Notes: generated by a model not told the origin, from the letters alone. Shown: positions 39,545 through 50,490, counted from the stretch's first letter. The stretch: DNA of 64,000 nucleotides from Balamuthia mandrillaris (GCA_031835245.2 JAVKOQ020000091.1:62001-126000), one strand, 5' to 3'. Translations and numbers: made by a program.

Positions 39545-40115
39545 CCAAACACATAGGTTAACATCCTTGCTGAAGACAATCGATGTTGTAGCCTTATGGG
39601 AGAGACGATAGGCTTTGGCTCCTGCTTCAGGACCGAGGTAGATCGTTTCTTTGGCCCAAGCAGCAAACTTGTTTCGTTGGGACTTGGGAACATGCACAAA
39701 GGCAGAGCAACCGGATGTACGAAGATGAGCAAGGGAGGGCCAGAGGTAACTGACGGGGAGAGTTGAGGCTGATATGACCGAGACGTCGAGGCCAGAGTTC
39801 TAGGGGCATGGTGGGATGCCGCGAAGTAGAGGAGAGAGGCTATTTGGAGGGGACCGAGCTAAGCGTAGGTGTGACCGTCTTTGACGACGTGATAAGCACG
39901 GACCAGGTGGGTTCCCTTGAGCTTGGGTATGACAGCAACACATCTTTGCTTGCTGTCGTAGATAGTGCACGAGCTCAAGTTGAAGTCGACCTTGACACGG
40001 AGAGTAGGTTTGTAGTAAGGTCTGGAACTAGGAGAACGTTCCTGAGCTTCGTGGAGGTTTTGCCGCCGTCAAGGGCAAGAGGGATGTTGCTCCAGAATCG
40101 AGATACCAGCCGACG
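39545..40115 (-). mobile_element. Degenerate Ty1/copia LTR-retrotransposon pol fragment
   Basis: Across frameshifts on the minus strand: protease GWYLDSGATS, KLRNVLLVPDLTTNLLSVSR, GAG-pre-integrase LELWPRRLGHIS (compare LWHxRLGH), and post-integrase HVPKSQRNKFAAWAKETIYLGPEAGAKAYRL...IVFSKDV. The integrase core and RT are missing. Confidence 0.85.
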
Positions 40116-40282
40116 GTTTTTATTTACGACGACGTAGAAGACGAGGAGAGGGAGAGAAACCTATTTTATGTGAGGACGGAAACACCATGCTTGTCAAACG
40201 ATCTTGTTGTTTCCCCAACAACACAATCTTCAACTGCACCACCTCAAGCCAACGATCCCGACCCAGAGCTATGGAGGCAAGG

Positions 40283-40725
40283 GATGCTGATGATGCGAAC
40301 GATCCGCTCTGCTGCCATTGCTATTGTGCCGGTGCTGTCGTTGCAAGAGAAAAGAAAAAAGAAGAAAGAAAGCGATAAACAGAAACGAACAGAAGGAGAA
40401 AAAAAAAAAAGAGAAAGAAAAGATGAGCGAAAAGTCACGTCTTCCTTTTTGGCAGGCCAAGCAACGATACAGAAAGAAAGAAAGAAAGAAAGGACAAGAA
40501 AGAAAGGACAAGAAAGAAAGGACAAGAAAGAAAGGACAAGAAAGAAAGAACAAGAAAGAAAGGACAAGAAAGAAAGAACAAGAAAGAAAGAAAGAAAGAA
40601 AGAAACGACAAGAAACGACAAGAAACGACAAGAAAGAAAGGACAAGAAAGAAAGAAAGAAAGAAAGAAACGACAAGAAACGACAAGAAACGACAAGAAAC
40701 GACAAGAAAGAAACGACAAGAAAGA
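40283..40725 (-). repeat. Copy B of the diverged direct repeat; truncated start MAAERIVRIISI...*
   Basis: Homologous to 37732-38180. The reading frame stops after 24 codons. Confidence 0.8.
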
Positions 40726-40751
40726 CAGAGAACAACTCGACGTTAAGGTTA

Positions 40752-41952
40752 TTAGGCATAAATAAGAGAAAGAACCAAGGAGGATAGAGACGAAGCAGAA
40801 GAAGTGGAATAGTCGATGGGTTCGCACTGAACGTCTTCATCCAACAAAATATCAGCGGCAGCGATTGGATTGCACTGGGCGATGCAGTGGTTCGGAGTGT
40901 GAACGACGTACTCGCTGCTGGGGATGAGGGTACGATCCGGTCGGACGTAATCCGTGCTGATGATCTGGGCGCCGCTCGACCAAGCGGCCTCTTGTGTGGA
41001 GTAGTCGCTGTTTCTGGCTTCGGTTGTGTCTGAGCGTAATAATGTAAGGAAGATTATGGTAAGAAGAGGGATAAATAAGGATGAAGGAAGGAAAAGAGGA
41101 AGATAGTTGAAAAAAGCACAAGCACAAGCACAAGCACAAGCACAAGCACAAGCACAAGCACAAGCACAAGCACAAGCACAAGCACAAGAAGAACAAGAAG
41201 CAAAACTCACCCGAATCAGCTCTCGCTCTAACGATGTATCCCTTGCCCACCAAATCCTGAATATCTTCATAATGGGTCTTCGGATTGTTGCGCTTAAAAA
41301 TGGCAGCATCAGGCTCTCCGTCAGGTCTCTCTCTGAAGATGACACGCTGCAAAGAGGTATTGCTGAAGACCTGTTGGACGTCTGAAGCAGGATTGTTGTC
41401 CAGGAAGAAGATAAACTTGCCCATTGACTCGCTGATGGTCGGCCAACCTACCTCTGTGACCACTTGGGAAAGGGTCATGTTGGGATGGTCGTTTGTGAGT
41501 GAGGCAGGACTTAAAATTCGATCCTGTCATGCGAACGTTTTTAAAAAAAGAGAGAAAGAGATAAGAAGACCGCGGACGGAGGTCAGGAGAAAGCAAATAA
41601 TAATAAGACAAAACAAAACAAAAGCAAAGAAATATACCAGAGGAATAACGCTAAGGATCTCTTCTTCCAACGAAGCAAGAGCTGTGGTGTTAGCCCAAGA
41701 AAGGGGTACAACAGGGTGAAAGCCGAGTTCTTCTGCCATGGAAGGCAAGATGGGCAACGGATTGGCCTTAAGCTCTAATTGAATAAACAGAGGGGTGTGG
41801 TGGCCATCAACCGAGTTAGACCATTCCATCAGTTGCGACAGGCATTCCACCAAAGTGTAACAGTGGGTCCTAAAACAAATATTATTTTGTTTAAAGTGTT
41901 GGGTCAAGCTTACGCTTTTACCTTCGAAGCAATAATGCGAGGAGAGAGAGAA

Positions 41953-41991
<39 letters not shown>

Positions 41992-42592
41992 AGAAGAGGG
42001 ATTAAATTTACCGATAGTCTACATCTTGAACGTGGAATACTTTGCTGTTGGTCGAAGTGGCCATAACTCCTTCCGGATCGTATGGTGGCTGAAGAGTGCA
42101 ATCGCATTGCTCTACAAAGGCATGTAAGTAAAATGAAGAAAGAATACTAAAGAAAGAAACAAGAAAATGACTAGGCCGCAGAAAAAAGAAACGGAAGAAT
42201 AAGAAGGCATTTGTCACCCTCGACAACGGCGAGACCACTAGGCCTGGCGTAAAGAAAAGAAGGGTCATAAAAGACGTCAAACTCAAATGCCCTTACACGA
42301 TAGTCTTCCAACTGTTCGCGAAGAGGCGGCAACTCGTAGTCCATGAGTTGCGTTATACCAGGTATGACTTTGTCAACAACTTTTTATTCATAACGCAAAG
42401 AATATGTACGCAGGGTTAGGGAAGAAAAAAAAAGGAGAAAACGCATGAAGTAGTACAAAGTGAACGACATACCGTCTCTTACTTCACGATGAGTCCGCAT
42501 ATGATAACTTGATTAGAGCAAAAAAAAAGTGAGAGAAGAATGGAAGAACGAGGAAACAACGAAGAGGAGTGAAAGAGGGAAACGGAAGAGCT

Positions 42593-42632
<40 letters not shown>

Positions 42633-42804
42633 CGGACCTGTTGTGGGTTCCAACCACTTGTATCTGATTAAGACGGAGTTCGTCGTTCGAAGCGTCACAA
42701 ATGGGAGTAACGTCATGATCCGCGCTGCACAAGAGCGTTGTTGCCGTGGTTGACAACAAAAGAAAGAGAGCAAGCATCCTCTTGACGCTGGGCACAAGAG
42801 CCAT
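40752..42804 (-). CDS. Secreted bacterial-type Ca2+-dependent PI-specific phospholipase C (PI-PLC-C1-like); multi-exon
   Basis: Signal peptide; LRLNQIQVVGTHNSYH, KVFHVQDVDYR..C, ECLSQLMEWS...HTPLFIQLELK, GWPTISESMGKFIF, GYIVRARAD and SGAQIISTDY. The hydrophobic tail resembles a GPI signal. Confidence 0.85.
41116..41188. repeat. Intronic (GCACAA)n hexamer repeat
   Basis: About 12 perfect copies inside a PI-PLC intron. Confidence 0.95.
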
Positions 42805-43164
42805 AGTAGAAAAGAGACCAAGGGTAGGTTCGTAGGCCGTTTCTTCTTCCCTTGCTGGTGTATTTTGTGGCGGTAATGATGATGCTTTAGCACAGCCACC
42901 CTAAGGCAATAATTAATAATGTGAGATTTCGGTTGTTACCATAAGAGGGGCCCCTAGGGTGCTTCCATCTAGAGGTGCTGTGGCGTCTTTTCGTTTGCCT
43001 AAGAGACGTTTGCTGGCAGTACTCCTCTTTCTTCATCCGCATTCAGTCTTTGTTTTCCTTCCTTTCCATACCACCTGTTTTTTTTTTTGTTCTCTCTTCA
43101 TGGTGGACTATGTTTGCTGTCTACCTCTGCAGCTCATTTCTTCCAAGCATGCTTCTGTGCTTGT

Positions 43165-43758
43165 TCACTTTGCAAGTGGAATGTACTCCCAGTCCCAGGT
43201 CTTGGCGCAGCTAACGCAGTCCTTCCAATGCACGTAGGTCACGTTCCGCTGCAACACCTTCTGCCGGGCGGTATTGGCCCCGCAGTAGGGGCAGGGGAAT
43301 GGCGTGTACTTGGCCAGCAGGTCCGTCTGCACCTTCTCCTCAAAGTAGTTGTTCTTGAAGGTGACCTGCCAGGCCGTCTTGCCGTTTCTGGTGAACAGCT
43401 GAGTGGCCGGCAGGTCCTCTCCGTAGCGCCTTTTGCAGAGGGCCTCCCATAGGGGCTCCTCGTGGAATACCAGGTGAAAGCGTTTGCAGGCCCTGGCCGC
43501 CATGGCTAGGTCCCTGGGTGAGGCCAGGTGCTTGAAGATATGGAGGAGCACCTCGTCGGGGATAAATAAAAAGGGTTTCTCAGCGAGGGTGGAGCGCTCG
43601 CGTTCCGCTTGTTCTTGTTGGAGGCGCTGTAGCTCCGCCGCTTCTCTTTTCTTCTCTACCCATTCTTGCATCAGCTCTCTGTGCTTAAGGACTCGTTCTC
43701 GCAGCTTGACTCGCTTTGTGTGTTGTTGTTGTTCTTGTTAAGGACGTCGAAGAAGATG

Positions 43759-43818
<60 letters not shown>

Positions 43819-44004
43819 CGAGATGGACAAGAAACGATGCACATGGAGAAAAGAGGGGCTAGGAACCTTGAATTCCCTTCGTTCTTTTTCTTCTAAACTT
43901 AGCTGCGGGCACTGTTCGTTTTCGCTCTTTTCGAGCTCCTGCAACCGTCTCTTCAGCCTCGCTTCCACCTCCTCCTCCTTCGCCTCCATCGTCGCCTCGG
44001 CCAT
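43165..44004 (-). CDS. F-box protein with N-terminal coiled coil and C-terminal CxxC-CxxC zinc ribbon; 2 exons
   Basis: FLFIPDEVLLHIFKHL...AMAARACKRFHLVFHEEPLWEALC; CPYC...CVSC. Confidence 0.85.
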
Positions 44005-44280
44005 GTCTGTGCCAAAGACGATCATTTTCGTCGACGATCGATCTTGTGTTGTTTGAATTTTAATTGGACGATGATCATCGATCTCATCGGATGACGTGTG
44101 CGAAAAGTGACGTGTGCTCGGTCGTCGTCAAAAATGTTTGATTGGTTCATTTTGTTGAGAAAAAAAAATCCCTTCCTTTTATCGGCCAACCTCTGAAATT
44201 TTGGTTTGGATAAAGTTAAAAAAAAAGCGAAGGGGCGGAAGCGGACGGTTGAAGCAAAAGAGCGTAGGGCAGCTGAAAAG

Positions 44281-46100
44281 ATGAGACAAGGTTGGCGGTT
44301 AGTGGTGATCAGCGTGCTTCTGTGTCTCGCTCTGAGTACGGCTTTTCCTGATGTACATTTGTGGAGCATAACAGAACTTTTGACACCTTTGATCTTTTTC
44401 TCTCCTTTCAGAGGTGCATGCGGACTGCGACGAAACAGATCCGTCCTTCCAGATCTTGAACGAAGAGGAGCCCGTGCTCACCATCAGCCCCAACGGAACA
44501 GTAGTCCGAACATGCGGGGGAGTCAACCTCTGCAACCCTTACCGCGAGGACGCATCTTGTCCTACCTCTCAGGTTTGCATCACTTCTCTTTCAAAGGCTG
44601 GTGGCTTTTCCCCTATCGCCATTCCAGTAATCATTTTTTTCTATTCGCTGCTCTGTTTAGTGCTTGTTGGGATACAACCTCTTTGGTAAGTGCGTGGCTG
44701 TGCTTGAGGACGACGAGACCGATTGTTCCACCGACTCAGCTGCGCGGGACGCCGAGGTCAACGACGGTTGTTGCACGGTATGACTCCCTTAGTAGTATAC
44801 TTGTTTGTTCTCGTCATAACCTCTGGAAAACGTTTGCTTGGTCTGTAGGCTGGTGTCTGCAAGCAAAAGCTGATCACCCCTCCTAACGAGGTCATGGATG
44901 AGAACAAGGAATTCGACCTCTTCCTGGATGAGGACGATCTACCGGGTATGCTATATTAACGAAAGGCAAATCACATCCAACATACTTACATGCTCACTCA
45001 TTTCTTCTTCCACCTGTAACTGTTTCTCTCCCCAACTCTATCTATGAAGCATTCTTCTATCAGGATGATGCTGGTTGTGGCGACGACCCTGGCCCTGTGA
45101 AGTTTATTCGCTGTGCTGACTCGGCTTGCGACACTTTAGCCTTGGATACTACCATCTCCGGCACGGAGCAGGCCTTTTGCCCAGTGAAGGGGGCCTTGGA
45201 TCCTGCCACTGGTAACCCTGTGTTTGTGGTTTATGGTAACTCTCCTTTGGTTCTCTTCTATGTCCACTGCGACGACCCAGACTGTGATTCTTATGGCTTC
45301 CAGAATTGGACTATCGCTAACTACGACAACGGCTATGAGCAACCCTTCGCCGTTGGTTTTGATGGTATGTTTATGTCCTCTTATTCTCGTCTGCTCCCTA
45401 TTCTCGTTCCTCACTCTTAGTTTCAGTCAACGAAAACCCCTATATCGCCTACTGGGACGACGATGATGTCTACTATCGGTCGTGCACCGACGTCACTTGT
45501 GGCGTGGAGACCAGGACCCTTGTTGCCAACAACCTTGGTGGCAGCTGGGTGCAAGGCGTTGTGGTGGCCATCCGCTCCGACGGAAGACCCATGGTCGTCA
45601 CAAACGAGGGTTCCGGCCGACGCGTCGTCTTCTGGTCCTGCCACGACGAGACCTGCTCCACCCCTCCGTCCCAGGGATGGGAAATCACCGGAGACGATGT
45701 GGACGAGGCTGAGAACATGGCAGTGGTGGTCGGCAAGGATGACCTGGTTTTGGCCTGCTGGAAGTCGGAGGAAGGCACATTGGTGTCCCACTGCGATGAC
45801 TACAATTGCACCAGCGGCTCGTTGAGCAACGTGGGTAAGCTGATTGGCGGTAACTTTGCCTGCGACATTGTCCTCGGTGAGAACGACGAGTACCCCACGT
45901 TGTTCCTCGGAGCCCAGCAGGGCATGTTCATGGCCTTTTGCACGGACTACGAGTGCTCCGACCCTATTATCCGCCAAGTGGCCAAGGTGAAGAGGAAAAG
46001 CAAAGGTCAGTTTGTGAAGAACAGCGATGACGTTATCACGGCCATGTACTGGACCGCTGGAGATGCCACTTATGCTGGTGTTTATGACTGTGACCAGTAA
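44281..46100 (+). CDS. Secreted cysteine-rich repeat protein (probable disulfide-stapled beta-propeller); multi-exon
   Basis: Signal MRQGWRLVVISVLLCLALSTAFP; six CxDxxC-terminated repeats (CADSAC, CDDPDC, CTDVTC, CHDETC, CDDYNC, CTDYEC). Confidence 0.75.
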
Positions 46101-46509
46101 AAAGAACTCAGGTTTCATGGAACACTGTAAAAGAGAAAGAGAGAGAGGGAGGGAGAAAGAGGAAGAGAAAGAGAAAGAGAAAGAGAAAGAGAAAGAGAAA
46201 GAGAAAGAGAAAGAGAAAGAGAAAGAGAAAGAGAACGAGAAAGAGAATAAGAAGACGATGAAAGAAAAAGAGAGAGAAAGAGAGAGCAGAGGGACAGAAA
46301 ACAGGGAAGGAGTTCTGTTGCAAGTGCCATTTGCAGCCAAAAACATGCCAAGCACGATGTCGTCTCCTTACGTTTGTTGTTTTCGTTGTTGTTTTAGTTT
46401 CACTCCATGCTTTCTCACTTTTTTCTCATTAGAGAGACCTATAATAAAACTGCTATAATGGTGTCAAAAAATTAAAAAATAAATAAATATAAACAAAAAG
46501 GCCTCTAGC

Positions 46510-46840
46510 ATGGACTCTGCCGACGGAGCGAGTACTTCATCCTCTTCCTCTTTGTCTTCCGGCGATCTTGTGCGGATCTCCAAAAAACTGAGCTATGTGC
46601 TTCGTCACGGGTTGCCGATGATGGAAGCGCGAGGGGCAAAGGTCTATGCGGACGGGTGGCTCTGCTTGGACGAACTTTGGAGGCACTGCCCCGCGCCGCT
46701 CTTCAAGAAGGTCACGCAGGAGCAGCTGCTTTGTTGTGTGGCCAGCTCCAAGTCGACCAGAGATGAGCAACAGCGTTTTCAAGTGGAGGAATTTGATGGT
46801 TTGTTTACTTCCTTGTCGTTTCTTGTCGTTTCTTGTCGTT

Positions 46841-46880
<40 letters not shown>

Positions 46881-48683
46881 GTCGTTTCTTTCCTCTCCCC
46901 TCCGCTCTCTTTTCTCCTCTAACAATGTTGTGGTTGATAGATGGAAGGATCTTCATAAGAGCCACGTATGGTCACTCTTTTCCTTTGGACAACAGACCGC
47001 CGTTGTCCGCTTGCGGCGCACAACCGTTGGAACAGTTTGGGGTGGGTGCGCAAGGAACCGCGGCCGTTGTGCCTTCCCTCACTCAACAGTGTCTCTCTTT
47101 CATCACTGCCAACATTAAACGGTTTGAAGCGCTAGGAGGTAAAACCTTCATCTTCTTCTTGTTGTTGTTCTTGTTGTTCTTCTTGTTCTTCTTGTTCTTC
47201 TTCTTCTTCTCTTCTTCTTGTTCTTGTGGTTCCTTTATGATTAACAAGCGAACAAACAAAGAATGTTTGGATGATTCGCTGCTCTGCCGGTTGTTAGTGT
47301 TGTTAAAGAAAGAGAACAACACCGCTAGAGCGGTCATGAACATTCTATTGGGGAGCCAAGTGCAAACGCTTCACCTCGAGAAAACATTTGTCAGCGACGC
47401 CACGTTTCGTGCTGTTGGTAACTGCAAGCACTATCTTCTCCGTTTCTCTCTCTCTCTCTCTCTCTCATCTATTCTCCTCTCGTTTTATTTTCTGTCTTCT
47501 TCTATTATGTTTTCTTCTTTGTGCTGTTGAAGCTCATAACGCGGACAAATAACAGCCAACAAATGTCCATCGTTGTTACGGCTCAACCTCAAAGGCTGCT
47601 TCTCTGTTTGTAACGATCAAAGCATGATGTATCTGCTGAAGCGGTGTCATCACCTCCAGGTGATAAACTTGGGTATGTCTCGCTTCTCTCTCTATCTAGC
47701 ATCTCGTTGCTTATTCTATTTTGCTGTAAAAAACAAGCGAGATGTAAATACCTTACGGACAAAGCATTAGAGGCAATAGCAAAGAGCGCCTGTTCCAAAA
47801 GTTTAGAAACGTTGGACATTTCTGGACTCCCTCTTATTACTGATAAAGGCATTGCTCATTTACGACGCCTCTCTGCCCTTCGTTCTCTCACCGTACTCAG
47901 TTTCTTTTTCTTCTCTCTTTTATTCTCTTCTTAACTTCTTTCTTACAAGCCCATTTCTTTCTTTACAAAGGTTTTGGGATGTCCAAACGTTTCTCTTTCT
48001 GCCTTGACTCAACTCGAAGAATCAATCAACTCCAATCGCGACTCTTCCTCGTCTTCTTTCTCTTCTTCTCCTCTCTTGAAAGTGGAGAGCGACCATTTTG
48101 AGCCGATCTTTATCTGTGGCCCTGACGACGTTTCCTACGGCCCGCTCTCGCACAATGCGCTCTTTGCATTCTCCCTCGAAGGCGTCAGCTATCCTTCCCT
48201 CATTCATTACTATCAATGCCAAAAGTTTGTGGGCAGCGACGACGAGCATTCAGAGGCCATTCGGAACGCGGAGACGGCCTCCAAGGCGTTTCGCATGGGG
48301 CAGAGCAGGGACAAGACCATGCGAGCTGACTGGGAGAAGGTCAAGTATGATGTTATGTGGCAAGGCATGAACGCCAAGTTTTCTCAGGTTCGTCGTTGTT
48401 TTTGTTCAGGTGTTTGTTTGTTTTTTTTTCTTTTTGTTAACTCACCTGTGGAACTAGAATCCTCAACTGATAAAACTGCTGTTGGGCACCGGAGACCGTC
48501 TCATCGTGGAACGACGAAGGTTTGACTCTGTCTCCTTCTCTTGTCGCTCTTTGTGTTCTTAGTTATTCAAACCCCCCAAACAGGAACACGTACTGGGGAG
48601 ACGGGTTGGATGGCAAAGGGCGCAACAAAAGCGGCAAACTGTTGATGCAACTCCGAAAGAGTCTTGCTGCCCAACAAACATGA
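46510..48683 (+). CDS. Fusion protein: Tpt1/KptA RNA-binding lobe + cysteine-containing LRRs + NADAR (YbiA) domain; 8 exons
   Basis: ISKKLSYVLRHG..DGW...QRF...IRATYGHS; LRRs LLRLNLKGC, LQVINLARCKYLTDKALEAI and LETLDISGLPLITDKGI; NADAR HYYQCQKF...RADWEKVKYDVM...AKFSQNPQLIKLLLGTG..IVE...YWGDGLDGKGRNKSGKLLMQLR. The frame is continuous across GT-AG introns. Confidence 0.85.
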
Positions 48684-48794
48684 GGAAAAAAAAATCCATC
48701 GCTATAATATTCATGTCGTCACGATCAAATGTACTCAAGATGTGCTCTAATTCTGCAGCAAATACAATCAAAAAAAAATAAAAGAAAGAAAAAA

Positions 48795-49640
48795 ATGAAA
48801 GAAAAGCTTTCTTCTCTTTCTTCTCCCTTTCGCCACGTTTGTGCACCTTCTTCCTCCTCCTCCTCCTCCACTTCTTGGCACTTCCTCTTCGCTTCCCTTC
48901 GGCCAAAGCATCGAATACATCAACACACTCTCCGTTTGGGCACCCACAAATCCTTTTGCACCGCGTCCAGCCACGATGCACTATTGTCGGAGCAAGCGAG
49001 GATGGTGCGACACAAGCCGTTGCGGCGGTTGTCGACCGGAACGGTCCGACCCTTGGTGGTGGCCTGCATGCCCCTCAAAAGCAACGCCAACGTGAGCAGC
49101 ATCGCCCGAGTGGCCTCCAATTGCGCCGTGCAGCACCTGGTCTGCTGCGGGCAGGCTAGACTGTTGGGACCCATTGTTCGCCAGGCCAGGCTTCAACAGC
49201 AGCCGGAAGAAGAACAAAAACGAAAGAAAGGAAAGAAGAAAGGGCCACGAGCAGAAGAAGAAGAAGCAGAAGAAGCAGAAGAAGCGCAAGCAGAAGCGGA
49301 AGCAAGAGAAGAGGAGAGTAACGAAAAGCGAGCCGGTGTCGACAATAATTGGTTCATCGTGAAAAATGGTTTAAAGCACACCCTGTTGGACTACAAGCGC
49401 CAAGGCTACAAGCTGATAGGCTTGGAGCAAACGAACAACTCCCAGGACATTCATGGTTTCGCCTTTCCTCGCAAGATGGTGTTGGTGGTTGGCAACGAGG
49501 CCTCTGGGATTTCGGAGGAGATCCTGGCGATGATGGACGCGGTGGTGGAGATCCCGGTTTGGGGCCTTCCCTATAGCTACAACGTGGCTACGTCCACTGC
49601 CATGGCTCTCTACGAGTACTGCCGTCAGCATCCCTCATGA
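48795..49640 (+). CDS. SpoU/TrmH-family RNA 2'-O-methyltransferase (intronless, probably mitochondrial)
   Basis: SPOUT motifs KSNANVSSIARVA, LVVGNEASGIS and VEIPVWGLPYSYNVATSTAMALYE. Confidence 0.9.
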   Translation: MKEKLSSLSSPFRHVCAPSSSSSSSTSWHFLFASLRPKHRIHQHTLRLGTHKSFCTASSHDALLSEQARMVRHKPLRRLSTGTVRPLVVACMPLKSNANVSSIARVASNCAVQHLVCCGQARLLGPIVRQARLQQQPEEEQKRKKGKKKGPRAEEEEAEEAEEAQAEAEAREEESNEKRAGVDNNWFIVKNGLKHTLLDYKRQGYKLIGLEQTNNSQDIHGFAFPRKMVLVVGNEASGISEEILAMMDAVVEIPVWGLPYSYNVATSTAMALYEYCRQHPS

Positions 49641-50490
49641 GAGCAAAACCACCCCAACAAGAACAAAATGTTGTAGGTCTCCTTTTTTTTTTCTTTCTCT
49701 CTTCACATATATTTTTTTTGCTTACACAAGAAAAATTTGTTGTAGGTTGGGATCGAACGCATGATGTCGACATTATTAATTATCGCTCAAAAATATTATC
49801 GTCGTGGGTTGGAATCGAACGCATAACGTCGACTATAATTCACGATTGGCCGAAATTCCGCTATTTTCCCATTGGTCGGCGCCCTTTCACCAAAAAACGT
49901 CCCGTTGGGAGCAAACAGCGACAAAGTGACCAGTAAGCTGATCGATTGGGGTTGGGAGGCCTCCTCCGTCATTTTGTGTCGGACTCTACGCATTGCTCCC
50001 GAAAAAAACAAAAAGGTGAGCGAGGAGGTTTCTGAGAGGGGGAAGCTTATTTTTTTCGTTTGCTCACATCATACACTCTCATACAGCATATCTTCAGGAA
50101 CCATTTTTGAAGTTCGGTATGAGTAGTTTTTTTTTGTGTTGTGGTGTTTGCTTTTTAAGGTGAAATATCTAAAAAGAACAACCAAAAAAAAGCTGACAAA
50201 AATATTTATTTTTTCAGTTGTTTGCACAGCAAAAAGGGGGGAGGAGAGGCACTCTCTACGCTGAAGAGGCAAAAAAAAAAAGCATCGTCCTTTCGCGCCT
50301 TCTGTCGTTTGCGCTTCGTGGACTCCCTTTTTTTTATTATTGACACTTCACTCAAAAAAGAAGGAAAGAAAGCAGAGAAACGAAAACATACTCAAGGCTC
50401 TCGCGCTCCTGTACTTTTAAATCTTCTTCAAACGCTTTTTTTAGTTGCAGTTTGAAAAGATCAACTTTGCTCTAGAACCAGAAAAAAAAA

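Noticed and set aside
39808..40137. Plus-strand 109-aa ORF
   Set aside because: It is antisense to the copia protease region, where the recognisable motifs lie on the minus strand.
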